A DNA stretch of 64,000 nt, from contig OZ024743.1 in assembly GCA_964016885.1 (NCBI GenBank), forward strand, positions 278,380,001 through 278,444,000, given 5' to 3'. Below are positions 44,616-60,834 of this stretch, piece by piece; position 1 is the first letter of the stretch; the number at the start of each line of letters is the position of its first letter. The notes below the pieces were generated by a model. The model made no database searches. It was given only the letters and a program-made list of their open reading frames with translations, and was not told where the DNA came from. The position numbers and the translations under genes were made by a program. This stretch comes from Eledone cirrhosa. Its lineage: Eukaryota.

Positions 44616-44915
44616 CTTAGTCCTTTTCGTAGATTAAAATTTACGACATCGTTTCCTGTAAAGTTTAACCAGCCAACTTACATGGAATGAGTTATTGTTA
44701 GCACACACACACATACACACACACGCGCACATATAAACATACACATGTATCGGATAAAAAATTTGTCCGGGAAACAACTGCCCTAACACCGGCCAGAGTT
44801 ATCTCCCTTGACCTACTGCAAAATAAAAAAACGTTTTGTTACGAAGAATGAACTCTGACGTGAACTTATCTCTAAAAACCCATTCCGGGTCATGTAAGGA
44901 ACGCTTTTTAGTTAT

Positions 44916-44959
44916 TATGCCCTTGAGAAGCCCATCCGGCGAAACGTACATAGGTGGTA
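44916..44959 (+). ncRNA. Minimal hammerhead, U3:A8 variant (family F), slightly decayed
   Basis: CC TTGAGAA GCC catcc GGC GAAA CGTACA TA GG; stem III is one CpG-type change from the palindrome ACGTACGT. Confidence 0.6.
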
Positions 44960-45168
44960 TTTTAAATAACCATGTATTAACGGTCTGTTCTCCTATTTCT
45001 TACTTTTTCACGTGCTTACGCTCTCCTAATTCTCTCGCCCACTAGATATTAACGCTTCTAATATTTAGCACTGCCGGCACTAGTATTGAGCACCTTTTGC
45101 ATACGCTATTTGGCAAATAACTACATGTATCACCTATCCCTCCTTTTCTCTCTCTCGATACGTAAATA

Positions 45169-45337
<169 letters not shown>

Positions 45338-45376
45338 GCATATCTATCTATCTAACTATCTATGTATCTATCTATA

Positions 45377-45427
<51 letters not shown>

Positions 45428-45454
45428 GTCTCTCTCTCTCTCTATATATATATA

Positions 45455-45667
45455 TATTGTTATACTTTGGGACGATCATGTTGCCAATAAGAAACACACG
45501 CACCAGTTGCTTTCACTTCAATTTATTATAATAAATTTATAAATTTAGGAATTTATAAATTTCCGGTTGGTTGATTGGTTCCACAACCAGATGGTTGTTT
45601 ATATATTGTCAAAGTTCTTTCGTCACACATTCTGTGACCTCTTCAGTGACTGAAGAGGTCACAGAAT
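45455..45667 (-). mobile_element. Solo family A 3' repeat with HHR (45608-45650) and terminal fold-back
   Basis: GTCA CTGAAGA G GTCAC..GTGAC GAAA GAAC TT TGAC; attctgtgacctcttcagt-g-actgaagaggtcacagaat hairpin. Confidence 0.8.
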
Positions 45668-45668
45668 A

Positions 45669-45863
45669 CGGCGGTAGATTGGCAGTATCGGTAGAGGGTC
45701 GGACGCCATGCTTTGCAGCAAAGAGTTACGGCCCTTTATGATCTGAGTTCAAATCCCGCTAGGGTTAACTTTGCCTTTCATCCTTACGGGGTCGATAAAA
45801 TAAAGTACCAGTAATGCACTGGGATAATTGCTGGCCTTGTGCCAAAAGTAGAAATAATTATTT
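45669..45863 (+). mobile_element. S1 SINE
   Basis: Full-length match to family S1; further copies at 46630-46815 (-), 52465-52620 (-), 55575-55760 (+, TSD attattttattat) and 57462-57650 (-, TSD gcagttaaca). Confidence 0.9.
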
Positions 45864-45969
45864 ATTCAAAGTAATCCAACTTATTTTACTAACGGGATAA
45901 AAAAAATAAACCGTAAGCAGTCCCGCAGACCTGCCTTTATTATAGTTTAGATAGTCAGGCCAAACTATA

Positions 45970-46122
45970 CATTTCCAGTTGATTAGTTTAATAACCGGGT
46001 GGTTGTTTATTTATTGTCAAGGCTCTTTCGTCACACATTCTGTGACAACTTCAGTGACTAATTTGTTATTTTGAATCTCTACATTGTTCTGTCCGATACC
46101 ATCTTGGTTTTTGTGAGCTGTG
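45970..46122 (-). mobile_element. Diverged family A 3' fragment with decayed HHR
   Basis: CTGAAGT core variant; GTCAC/GTGAC stem II retained (46016-46058). Confidence 0.65.
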
Positions 46123-46123
46123 C

Positions 46124-46187
<64 letters not shown>

Positions 46188-46189
<2 letters not shown>

Positions 46190-46287
46190 AAGAAGGTCTA
46201 GTTTAATACCAGGTGGACCATAAGGCACCATTTCGGATCTAGCTGTCGAAAAGGCCGGAGCTCAGACGTCGGGGTCCTGACTCTTTT

Positions 46288-46290
<3 letters not shown>
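46188..46290 (+). mobile_element. Diverged family B cassette with inverted 5' piece, in (TA)n
   Basis: ccaggtggaccataa (inverted) followed by tagctgtcGAAAaggccggagctcagacGTCggggtcc. Confidence 0.6.
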
Positions 46291-46356
<66 letters not shown>

Positions 46357-47339
46357 GTATGTATGTGTATGAGTGTATGTATACGTGTAATTAAATGTAC
46401 TAAAACATTGGTTATTGATATATATTAAAACACTAAAACCTTGTCATTTTTAGTGACAGCTGTCGTTTATTCGTAAAATATATAATACATGCCGGCATAT
46501 ACACATGAATAAACACAACAAAGAAGCACAAAAGTGTTGGTATATTGGCACGTAAATTCTCTTCGAAATAAGCAGAACAATCGGATATATATATCAGGCA
46601 CTCATATTCACAGGTCTCTGTATGTATATAATTGTTTCTACTTTTGGCACAAGGCCAGCAATTACCCAGTAGATTACTGGTAGTTCATTTTATCGACCCC
46701 GTAAGGATGAAAGGCAAAGTTAACCTCGGCGGGATTTGAACTCAGAATGGCAAGGGCCGTAACTCTGTGCGTCAAAGCATGGCGTCCGACCCTCTATCGA
46801 TACTGCCAATTCACTCAAATATAGAAACCCGGTAAATATATTTGCGATCGTCTTAAAATCTATGAAATACACAATAAATATCAAGAAAAATACATTTACT
46901 CACGCACACACATACACATGCCTATATATATATTTAACGTAAGAGTACCACATACAATTGCCGGCTAGTGCGACAGAAAAGTAAATATTTCTGTTCGTAT
47001 GATGTTTGCAAGATAAAACGATGAAATTAGATGGTTAAACAGACAGATCAGAGTGAGAGAAATAAAATGTGTCCTCTTGGCACCAAGTCGCCACTAGAAA
47101 GGACAACAAAAGCTCTGGCGCTTCGGATGTGACAGTAAGTGGAAGTGATAAGCAAGAACGGTGGGTAGGAGAGGGGAAGAAAAGAAAAGAAGCAGCAAGA
47201 AGAAGAGAAGAGTGGGGGTGAGAAAGAAAGAAGGAAAGAAGAAAAGGGAAAGGGAAGAGGGGGAAAGAAATAGCCAACGGACCTCAGGCCATGCTATCCA
47301 TTTAAAATAGAAAGCTACTATAGCTGTGATAAAAAATAT

Positions 47340-49045
47340 AAACACAGTTTTCTCGAAGATCGAGTTGGAGCACGAGTGTAATAGAATTCACAGAATAATG
47401 AGAACAACACAAGAAAGCTGTTAAAACAGCAAAATGCCATCAATTTCAAGGATACAGCCTCTCTTAGCTACTATTTATCCTGCCACTAAACCTTTTGTAC
47501 TTTCTGCTCAAGAAATGTGAAGGATACATTTTTGGCTCACAGAAGGACAGAAATATGAACCTAACCCATAATTTCTTTGTGGATGACCTGAAACTTTATA
47601 CCAACAAGATAAATGGGATGAAGAAAAGTCTTGACCAACGTTTTCAAGGGATATAAGAATGGAGATTGGTCAGAATAAATGTTCATATATATTGTATAGC
47701 GGGGAAAAACTACAAACCAATCTAGCAACATTTTTATCAATGGCTACTGTTTCACCGATATCTGACGAGGACTACTACATATACCTAGGGATAAATGATA
47801 ATTTATCTTATGATTGTATCTGTAACAAGAAACGCGTAACCAGGACATATTACACCCGATTGAGAAAAATATAGTAATCAGAAATCTCTGCGCACGATAA
47901 AACAGCGGCTCACAATGTGTTTGCTGTGTCTGTACTAACACCAACGTTTGGAATACTCAATTGCACGATGGACGAAATCCGAGAAACTGATATTGAAACT
48001 TTCACACCAACAGTGACATAAACCGCCTCTACTTGAAACGTAAGCAGGGATAAGAGTAGTGGTGAACTGTTCCAGTCAAAACCCCAATATAATTGTTTCT
48101 ACTTTTGGCACAAGGCCAGCAATTACCCAGTAGATTACTGGTACTTTATTTTATCGACCACGAAAGGATGAAAGGCAAAGTTAACCTCGCAGAGATTTGA
48201 ACTCAGACCATAAAGGCCGTAACTCTTTCCTGCAAAGCATGGCGTCCGACCCTCTACTGATACTGCCAATCCACCGACCTCAAAACCCCAATATAATTGT
48301 TTCTACTTTTGGCACAAGGCCAGCAATTATCCCAGTATATTACTGGCACTTTATTTTATCGACCCCGTAAGGATGAAAGGCAAAGTTAACCTCGGCGGGA
48401 TTTGAACTCAGTCCGTAAAGAGACGTAACTGTGCTGCAAAGCATGGCATCCGACCCTCTACCGATACTGCCAATCCACCGCCCAATCAAAACCCCAATAT
48501 AATGCAAACATAACAGACCAGATATAATGATATGGGACAGTGAAAAGAAGGCATGCGCAGTAGTGGAAGTCAGCTGCCTAGCCAGATGCCAATATAATTT
48601 TAAACATTAGCGAAAAGGAGAATATCTAGGCAGAAGTAATGAGGAATCTACAGATAAACTACCCTATCTATACATTCAGATTCATACCTGTGATTATCGG
48701 GTACTTGGGAATGTTAGTAACTGCCTCAGTACAAATCTTGAGAAGCTAGCCTTCACAGAAACAGAAGGAACACGACTACTTAGGAAATTACAAGTACAAT
48801 CCATTAATGGAACATTAACAATATGTAAAACATGACAATATGTAAAACATTTCAAAAATTCTGCATCTAATGACACCATGTACACATGTACAAATAAAAA
48901 ACATATGCATATGCACATACACATAAATAGTTGAAAACATCCACATCTACGCATACAATATCTGTACACATCCATATCTGTACACACACGCACGAATGCA
49001 GACATATATATCTACCTAGTTATTGTTGTATGAATTCCAATGAAA
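47340..49045 (+). mobile_element. Decayed R4/Dong-like RLE non-LTR retrotransposon
   Basis: FQGYSLS, HNFFVDDLKLY, YIYLGI, AHNVFAVSVLTPTFGIL, KHNRPDIMIWD...VEVSC...FIPVIIGYLG; interrupted by two SINEs. Confidence 0.8.
48091..48485 (-). mobile_element. Two tandem S1 SINEs with a triplicated 18-bp target
   Basis: TCAAAACCCCAATATAAT at 48076, 48280 and 48486. Confidence 0.9.
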
Positions 49046-49289
49046 GAGTCTTGTATCTCTCTCTCTATTGGTCAAATTTTATAAAATTATAGAACATACA
49101 TAGATTCAAAAAACATACATTGATGCGTACATACATATATATACGTACACGAATTCATACGTAAATATATTCATACATCTATACATACATACATACACAC
49201 ACATACATACGTACATACAAACGCACATACACACATACATACACACGTACATAATACACACATACACACATACACACATACACACATAT

Positions 49290-49598
49290 GGTGGCTGCCA
49301 ACACGTTTTCGAGTACGGCCACTACTTTATATCCATGTAGGAGAACCCCCTACCGATGCGCTGAACGAGTGTGACTTTTTAGTCCAGCCAGCGACTTGAA
49401 AACTCTGGTACAAACACTACACTTGTGACAATTATTGACACATAGTGCTGGGCCCATGGTACCATGTGACGACAAGTGCAGAGAGATCTCCAGATATAAA
49501 GCAATGCCTGTACCGTGAAGCTTTTATAGTGAGCAAAGGCACTGCACAAAGCCAGTCCCACTCTCTTAACCAAGATGATATTTATCAAAAAGAAGAAC
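49290..49598 (-). mobile_element. 5'-truncated copy of the 26561-27154 retroposon
   Basis: Near-identical reverse complement of 26847-27154, flanked by CA/CATA repeats. Confidence 0.8.
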
Positions 49599-50083
49599 AT
49601 ACACACATACATACGTACATACATACATACACACATACATACATATATGCCGACATACATAGTACATACATACATACACATATAGAAACTTACATACATT
49701 GTATATATTCGACGAACTGTTTGCGAGATAAAGAGCAATAGAGAGAAGATTGATACATCACACACAATTGGATATCAGTTCCATGCGTTAATATTTGCCG
49801 CGTAAAATGTTTTCTGTTTACACAGAAATTTTGCTGGTCAGAAAGTAAAGTTAAAACAAACTTAATTCTGTCCTCTCTTCCACTGAGGTCATCAAGGTTT
49901 CCTGTAAAATGCTTTTATGGTGTCGTCTGTTTGATGTTGAATAGTTTAAAATTTGTTTCAGTTCTTTTGTAGTGCATCTTCATGTGATGCTTACTTCAGT
50001 AGGGTCTGATAACAATGATGACATGAACAATTCGTACAAGTTAGTCTATGCCTATGCTATGAATCTCTTTCTATCTCTCTCTT

Positions 50084-50161
<78 letters not shown>

Positions 50162-50201
50162 TGTGTGTGTGTGTGTGTGTGCATGCGCGCGCGCGCGTTT
50201 A

Positions 50202-50266
<65 letters not shown>

Positions 50267-50303
50267 ATATACGTATATATATGTATACATATATATATAT
50301 ATA

Positions 50304-50361
<58 letters not shown>

Positions 50362-50476
50362 CATATATATATGCATATATATATATAAATGGTAAAAATG
50401 AAACGAAATTTCATTTCTCACTCTTAGTATACATACATATATATATATATATATATGCGTATATGTATATATATGA

Positions 50477-50536
<60 letters not shown>

Positions 50537-50537
50537 G

Positions 50538-50597
<60 letters not shown>

Positions 50598-50598
50598 G

Positions 50599-51108
<510 letters not shown>

Positions 51109-51615
51109 ATATATATATATATACATATTTAATACATTAACAGTGAAAGCTTTAAGCTATACTCTGACTGGCTTCCATCTCACTCAACAAACATTAAGAT
51201 ATACCTTAGTATAATCCCAATTTTACGTTTGGGGTGCCAACTAAATGTATTTTGCGGATAGCCAGTTGTATTATTTTATATGAGACATAATTAAAATATA
51301 TCTCCCTTTCCAAACAATTGTTTCATTATAAGTTTTCTACAAGTTGGGAAAATGTGTCCAGGTTATGTAGAAGCCTGCACATATTCAGTAAGAATATATG
51401 CAGGTGGGCACTTATAAATCATCAGTGGATGCCCGTCAAACATCGATATAAAAAAAACACTTTCTTACCGATATCCAATCCAATGTTAGCGATGGTGCCT
51501 CTCCGTATCAGAATGACCGCCAAATTTGAAATTCCAGCAGTCTCATATATATATATATATATATATATTCAAATATATATGCATGAATTCATGTAGGTAA
51601 GATAATATACATACT

Positions 51616-51695
<80 letters not shown>

Positions 51696-51747
51696 TACAT
51701 GTATATATATGTATATATTTATAGGCATATATATATATATATATGCG

Positions 51748-51825
<78 letters not shown>

Positions 51826-52045
51826 TATTCAAATATATATGCATGAATTCATGTAGGTCAGTGTATATGTTTACATATATGTGTGTGCGTATATATGCCT
51901 GTGTGCGTGTTTGCGTGTATCTCAGTACATTGCGAAATGAATTACATTGCTTTATCGCAAACATCAGAGTAGCTGCGACTAAACACGAGTGTTTGTTTAA
52001 TTAATTTACATTCTTTCCGCGTAAACTATACGAGATTTTAAATTG

Positions 52046-52164
<119 letters not shown>

Positions 52165-52182
52165 CTCCACCCCGGAAAAAAA

Positions 52183-52218
52183 CCCCAGTTGATGGATGTG
52201 GATCCGAAATATACAGGG
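52183..52218 (+). ncRNA. Decayed minimal hammerhead in a (TA)n-flanked cassette
   Basis: CCC CAGTTGA T GGAT gtgg ATCC GAAA TATA CA GGG; two core substitutions and U16.1 changed. Confidence 0.45.
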
Positions 52219-52407
52219 ACAATTAAATCTCTCCCAATGTAACTCTCTCTCGTGTTATTTTTATTTTATCCTTTATGCTCTTTCCTTCATTCCTCTACAC
52301 GTCTTATACACGCCACGCCTCTCAACGTACACCTACTTACATCTTGTTACCCGGAGATTTACCCAGTTGCATTGTCGAGGCTTCCAAACGACTTAAAGAA
52401 ATTTACC

Positions 52408-52464
<57 letters not shown>

Positions 52465-53184
52465 TTTTTACAAGGCCAGCAATTATCCCAGTGCATTATT
52501 GGTACTTTATTTTATCGACCCCGTGAGGATGAATGTCAAAGTTAACCTTCGCTGGATTTGAGCTCAGACGGTAAAAGGACGTAACTCTATGCTGCAAATA
52601 GTGGCGCCCGACCCTCTGCTTTGCAGAATATGGTTACGGCCCTTTACGGTTTGAACATCTAACCTATTTCGCCGGCTGCTGTGAGATATAGTGGTACAAA
52701 TATTGTAGTTTATCCAGTAACAGTTTTACATACGCTAAACTTTAGATTGACTATCTCTCAGATCGTTTGGTCTTTAATATATGCATCGTTTGATTCCTGC
52801 AGACTGTTTCTTCTCACATTTCCGTCATATTTTACATGTATAAATACATCATTTACATTTAAATCTGTACTAAAAAATGTTTAACCATTAATAGTAGTGT
52901 TTGATTTATGCAGTTGCAACAAAAAATGTACTGTTTGATTATCGCAGAGTTTCTGTCACATTTACTGTCATATATGTTCATATAAGATGACGTCCCTGGA
53001 GCCTTCACCCTATGCCCAAGAAAATCATCTTTGTCCGTTTCCTTGTCGTTTTAATTTGGATTGCCTCGAGAACATAAGATTATTATGTAAAAAGCTGTCT
53101 GATGAGATCACGGCACTGGTTAGGCGGAATCGCCTGACCACTGTCGTCATTGAAATATGTATCACAGCCTTATCAATAAAGGAC

Positions 53185-53385
53185 TGGTAAGATAATTGAA
53201 TTCACAATCGTGAGTTTATGAGTTCGATTCCTGGACCGGGCGATGCGTTATGTCCTTGAGCATGACACTTTATTTCACGGTGCTCTTTCTACCTGGAGTT
53301 GCGACTGATAGATAGTATTAGCAACTGGAAAGACCAACGGAAAAATTGATTCCTCTGTCCGATTTGACAGAAGTCGATCGACTGA
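53185..53385 (+). mobile_element. CORE-like SINE (S2 hairpin-tail subfamily)
   Basis: Matches 17043-17265. Confidence 0.8.
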
Positions 53386-53399
53386 TATATATATATATA

Positions 53400-53713
53400 T
53401 TTTGTTTCTGAATTTGTTTAGCAAGATTCTTTATCTGAAAACGTGTGTTGAAACCGATATTGTTATACTTTGGGAGGGTCTGGTTGCCAATAAGAAACAC
53501 ACGCACCATTGCTTTCACTCCAATTTATTATAAATTAAATAATAAAAAATTTTAAAATTTATAAATTTCCGGTTAGTTGGTTGGTTCCACAACCGGACGG
53601 TTGTTCATATATTGTCAAAGTTCTTTCGTCACACATTCTGTGACCTCTTCAGTGACTGGGATTCTTTTCTTTGTTTTGTGCCTCTCCTTTGTTCTGTCCT
53701 ACGCCATCTTGTT
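53400..53713 (-). mobile_element. Solo family A 3' repeat with HHR (53614-53656)
   Basis: Same 3' terminus as 50711 and 6381; (TA)n on both sides. Confidence 0.8.
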
Positions 53714-53717
53714 TATA

Positions 53718-53806
<89 letters not shown>

Positions 53807-53826
53807 GTAATTAGTTACAACAGTGC

Positions 53827-53883
53827 CATATACAGGTTCTTAAGTTTCGTTGGGTTATACACCCCAACTCATTCAGCCTATGG
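53827..53883 (-). ncRNA. Decayed hammerhead (family G) in a (TA)n-flanked cassette
   Basis: TAGG CTGAATGA GTTGGG gtgtataa CCCAAC GAAA CTTAAG AA CCTG; 1-nt core insertion, U16.1 to A. Confidence 0.65.
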
Positions 53884-54493
53884 ACTGTGTGCAGTTATCC
53901 TAGGATATTTCTAAAAAAACTCTTACTACAGTATATATATCTATATATTTAACTATATATATATATGTGTATGTATGTATATACATATAAATGTGTTTTT
54001 GTGTGTTTGTATCTGTGTGTGTTTGTGTGTGTGTGTGTGTGTGTATGGATATAAGTATATCTACAACCTAGAGCTGTATATGAAAGCATACGCGCATGTC
54101 TTCTTTTGCGTGTTTTATTTGAAATTCATTACTCTTCCGATTAAACTGTAAAGTAATACATTAATAAAAAGATAACCACGTCAAATGTGTCTTTACTTTA
54201 AGGACAATAGATCTAAACGTGATCCGTAGTACTTAAACAACATTATCCACGTATTTTACTAAAAAATCAATTTGAAACACAAACCTTATAAAATATCAAA
54301 CTTGGAAATAAATTTTATTATTTCTTTTCATGTTGATTAAAGTCGAATTTCGTTTAATTTTTCATTAAACGTTGAATTATTTTTCTTTCAACCAGTTAAG
54401 TCGTGCTTTGTAAGGCTCATATGTATATCTATCAAACACACGTTCATTCACTCGCACGTCCACATACACACAAACACGCACTCACACACACAG

Positions 54494-54526
<33 letters not shown>

Positions 54527-56781
54527 CATACCTATATGTGTGGTTGTGAGTTTGTGTGTGTCTGTGTGTTTGTATAGAAATGAACATAGCCCTCCGATCA
54601 TTATTTCTTACAATATAATGCAAAGAATCACAGTTTTTTGTTATAATTTAATTACATTGGTCATGCGATTTTGCTAAGGAAATTTAAAGAATATTATTTA
54701 TTTCCGTTTTATTCTCTTATTTCCAAGTTTTTTCTTATACTGTTTTGCATTAAAAGTTGTGTTTCAAATTTCCATTTCAATAAAATCTGTTTGTAATTTT
54801 TTCATGAAATAAGGTTCACGTTTAAATTTATTAGCTTTCCGTAAAATAAAAACAAGTTATTCATGTTGATCTTTTCATTCGTTTTATTCTTAATGGCTTT
54901 AGTAGTAGAAAGAGCTCGGTTGGGAAAAGGAAAGAAGAACACAACGGTTTTCAATGGAGTAGATTCTATTAAAAGCATCTAACGTCCACGCAGAGTTGTT
55001 AAACCAGGGAGAAATTAACTCTCACATCAAAGTAGAGGCACAATCAATCAACATAATTTCAGTCTAATAAATCTCACTATTTGCCTACTGAGCGATCGAA
55101 TCCGGAATGGCTAGATGACGAAGCGAACTTGTTAATGATATTAGCAATAGCGTGAAAAAAGATCATCTATTGGAAGTTTAGCACTATGAATAGACTAGTT
55201 AGTAAATATCAAGAAAGAATGTCAAATATAAGGCAGGGCGGTAGAAACTAAAAACAACTTCTTTTTCAAGATAGATATAACTCTAACAACAATTAGTGAT
55301 GGAAATAATTGACACAAGTGCACATTTGAGACGTCTGTGAAATTAGAACCTTTTTCGAAACTACCGACTAATATTTTATAGAGTGATTGATATAGTTTGC
55401 CTTGTAGAAAAGGGATTGTTTATTATTTCGGGTAGAAACTTAGAAAGTAGTGCCTCAGTATGGATATACGCCAATGATTAAAAAGAATAAATGAATAACG
55501 CAATACGTTTCTGACTTAATATTTAACATCACATACCATCATGAAAATCACTAAGATTTCATTATTTTATTATGGTCGATTGGCAGTATCAGTAGAGGGT
55601 CGGACGCCATGCTTTGACGCAAAGAGTTATGTCCCTTTAAGATCTGAGTTTAAATCCCGCCGAGATTAACTTTGCCTTTCATCCTTACGGGGTCGATAAA
55701 ATAAAGTACCAGTAGTGTACTGGTTAATTTGCTGGCTTTGTGCCAAAAGTAGAAACAATTATTTTATTATCTTAAATAGGGAAAAAAAATGAAAATTTCT
55801 TCATATTCTTAGATCAAAAAATATTAAATGGAAAATCTAAGGGAGATTGCACTCCATCGACGGGAATATTTATTGGTGTTGGTATAGTGATATGAGTGTG
55901 ATTGCAGCAGAGAAAATGTGGAAGACACCATTGCTAATGATATCGTCACTGCAACATTATTGATTGATTTCTTCCATATAATGACAAGGTCAAATATAAG
56001 TCCTTGTCCTAACTGTCCTAAAACCTGTCTCCAGCTCGGAGGCTCTTCAGGTCGGTGCTTATTCCGGTTTCCATGTCGTTAAGTGACTGAGGGTATAAGA
56101 TTCCTCCCAGGACATGGTACCAGTCCGTTGCAGCATGGATATACGCGGAAAAGATATATTGGTTTGCATCAGCCTAATATTACATTTATACTTCTTATGT
56201 TATAGGAAACATAAGGACAAATTCTTGTCTGGTATTGTTTGGACTCTGAAAGTAAGGGACGTAACTAAATACTAATGCTACCAGTTTACTTTTGCATAAG
56301 CCGCTGTTCAAATAGAGCGAACATCTTGGCGCTCACCCGTCCCACTTATTATGACGGTGATGATGATGTTGATAATGATGATGATGATGATGATAATGAT
56401 GATAATGATGATTATGATGATGATGATAACACATATAAAGTTGGTTATAATGCTGATAACAACGATGATGATATGATGATGATGATGATGATAATTAATG
56501 ATAAGGATGATGATGGTGATGGCGATGATGATGACGATGATAGCGATGATGATGATGATGATGGTGATGGTGGTGGTGGTGGTGATAACATCGACAACTA
56601 TAATGGACGTTAGTTCAAAGAGTTCATAATCACAATACTCACCATAAATGATATAGGTACATTAACATACTGAAAAACTATATTCCATTTTAATTATATA
56701 CTGTTTTAAATATGATATAAGTTCATATATATATACATACATATATAAATACATACATACATACATAGATATATAAATACA

Positions 56782-57190
<409 letters not shown>

Positions 57191-57978
57191 TTCACAAGAA
57201 TCAAAGCTATGTTCAAAGCATTTATTCACTTACAATTGTTTCATCCAAACCTAGGCTTGGTTTCTTCGGAGCATTTTCAATGTTTGTACACATAATTGAC
57301 CTCCTTTCCAACGCAAGAGACATACAGATACATATGTATATATTGATGTACAGTGGAGTGACATATATTATATTATATTATTTCTGTATAGCAATTCAAA
57401 TTCAAAATCAAAATCAAATTAAAACAAAATTAAAACAAAATTAAGATACAATCGGCAGTTAACAATTGTTTCTACTTTAGGCACAAGGCCAGCAATTATC
57501 CAGTGCATTACTGGTACTTTTATTTTATCGACCCCGTAAGGATGAAAGGCAAAGTCAACCTCGGCGGGATTTGAACTCAGATCGTAAAGGGACGTAACTA
57601 TGCTGGAAAGCATGGCGTCCGACCCTCTACCGATACTGTCAATCCACCGCAGTTAACATAGATAATGCAAGAGGATAGTTTGTTAGTAGTTATTGTATGC
57701 GTTAGTTACACATGGGGCATGCACGTGTGTCATGTATATATGATTACTGTGTGGCAGGGTGTTACATGTAATAGAAGCACTTTAAGCGGGTAAGTAAGAG
57801 TATTATGGAGGTTGTAGTGGTAAGGTATTTTTTGTATTTTTTGTATTTTGTAATAAGGTAGTAATAAATTACTGACCTTCACTGTTTAGGGTTTAAAATA
57901 TATATATAACTATAAAAAGTTTTAGTATATACATAACCATAAATAGTATCCTTAATATTATATATATATATATATATA

Positions 57979-58055
<77 letters not shown>

Positions 58056-58183
58056 GAAAAGTATAGAAATTATTATGAGCAAGAAGCACACAGTATTTCA
58101 TAATATATAAGTGACTATAACGTCAAAATGGGAAAATAGTTAACGTAAGATGTGGGAAAAATAATTCAAACTCAATTCAAAAA

Positions 58184-58219
<36 letters not shown>

Positions 58220-58415
58220 CTTTTCCTGGGTCCTGTATTTTCGTTGCTCTGGTGATGCGGCTGGACTGCCTATCGCTATATTTGCTTTGCTAAGCTGTCT
58301 AAACATATTGTTATTACTCTGGGGTACTTTTCCTCACTCGAGTGCTAAACCTACATACCGAATCTGCATTCGTTAGCTTGGCCGCGAACTAAAGCTTCGT
58401 TCATGCTGTACTAAA

Positions 58416-58482
<67 letters not shown>

Positions 58483-58902
58483 CAAAGAGATATTTAATTT
58501 GCTGGTAATTCAACAAATATATTTATAACAGGTTCGAAGCACTCGACAAGATATATATGGGGGAAGTGTATGTATATATGTATTTATATACGCATATAAA
58601 GGTATACAAACAAAGCAAACAAAGTGAACATATCTATAAGGACGCCCGGCCTGCTAGAAATAGCAGCCATTTATCCCTGCAATCATAATCTTAAAAAAGC
58701 GAAGAACATATTCGACGATGTCCTCATGTTTAGACTATGCCAGAATAAAATTTAATGTCCACATCTGAAATGCCTCTGCCCATAAATCTGCAAGATCAGA
58801 AACTGGCTTGGATATGGAAACATCAATAACAAAATGAACAATATATAAACATATTCGTCGCACGGATACACATACGTACACACACACACACATATATTGT
58901 GT

Positions 58903-58983
<81 letters not shown>

Positions 58984-59669
58984 AAGAGAGAGATACATAT
59001 ATACAATTTGAATATTTGTTGTTTAGAAACTGTGTATCGATGTAGTTATTACGTGTATATATGTGTTTGCACATGTTTCTGTATGTATCTGGGTGTGATC
59101 GTGTGCACATGTATATATGTTAGCGTGCGTGTGTATATATGTTAGCGTGCGTATGTATATATGTTAGCGAGCGTGTGTATATATGTTAGCGTTCGTGTGA
59201 ATATACGTTTGTGTTTTATAAACTTGTTATTCCCTGCGTGGAGGTCTAAAATGCGTGCGTGTGTACGTATGTGTATGCGCGTGTGTGCGCGTGTGTGTGT
59301 GTGTTTGTGTGTGTTTGTGTCTGTGTGTGTGTTTGTGTGTTTGAGTGTGTGTGTGTGTGTTTCTGTGTATGTTTTATAAACGTGTTTGTCCAGCATGCAT
59401 TTACAGGAATAATTTATCCAAGCATAGATAAATCTAATAGTGCCTAAGATTTAGAATCTTACCTACCTAGATATACTTTCATCCTTTAATCCGATAATCC
59501 AGGGATACAGAATTCAGAAAACATCATATAGAATCCGTAGTACTGCCATGATGATGATGATGATGTTATTTCTTACATCCAAACGCATACACATGTTAAG
59601 TTTGACACAAAGACACAAATATATGAGCATGGCCCCAATAGCATGTATAAAAGATCAACAGATAAGAAC

Positions 59670-59700
<31 letters not shown>

Positions 59701-60074
59701 TGTATGTATGTATGTATGTATGTATGTATGTATGTATGTACGTATGTGCGTATGTATGTATGCATGTATGTACGTATGTATGTACGTACGTATGTATGTA
59801 TGCATGTATGGACGTATGTATGTATGTACGTATGTATGTACGTATGTATGTACGTATGTATGTATGTATGTATGTATGTATGTACGTATGTATGTATGTC
59901 TGTATGCATGCTATACATCTACTCATATAAGTGTATATATTTATTTATATGTGTATACATATGCATGTTTGCATATGTGCATATATGTAAGTGTGTATGT
60001 ATGTCTGCATTAAATGTATAATTATGTATGTATAAAACCATATTTGTATGTACGTATGTAAGTGTATGTATGCA

Positions 60075-60121
<47 letters not shown>

Positions 60122-60421
60122 CTTAGAGAGGACATAGGAATGAAATAACATTTGGTCAAAGGTCAAGCTGTAATACTTATAAGCAGAATATATTTACCTA
60201 AGTTCATCTTTCTTCGGTTTAGTTATGTAGGCTGTTGTAAATATGAATGCGTGTACACACACACATTCACACACAAACAAACACATACACACAACCACAC
60301 GGACACACATGAATGTACATATATAAAATATATATAATTCTTATACTATACATATATATATATGTCTCATAAATATTATACACACACACACACACACATA
60401 TATATACATACATATGTATAC

Positions 60422-60483
<62 letters not shown>

Positions 60484-60512
60484 GTGTGTATGCACGTAAG
60501 TATGTTTCTATG

Positions 60513-60558
<46 letters not shown>

Positions 60559-60661
60559 TATATTTATATATACATGCATACATACCTATATATATGAGCT
60601 TATGCGTGTGTGTCTTAACATCTGTTGTGTATTGTGTATTCATGTGTGTATGTTGTGCGTG

Positions 60662-60719
<58 letters not shown>

Positions 60720-60729
60720 CATAAATATG

Positions 60730-60792
<63 letters not shown>

Positions 60793-60801
60793 ATATATAT
60801 C

Positions 60802-60834
<33 letters not shown>

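Noticed and set aside
56030-56135. CTGAAGA on the minus strand followed by a hairpin
   Set aside because: No GAAA or stem III; looks like an old SINE 3' fragment.
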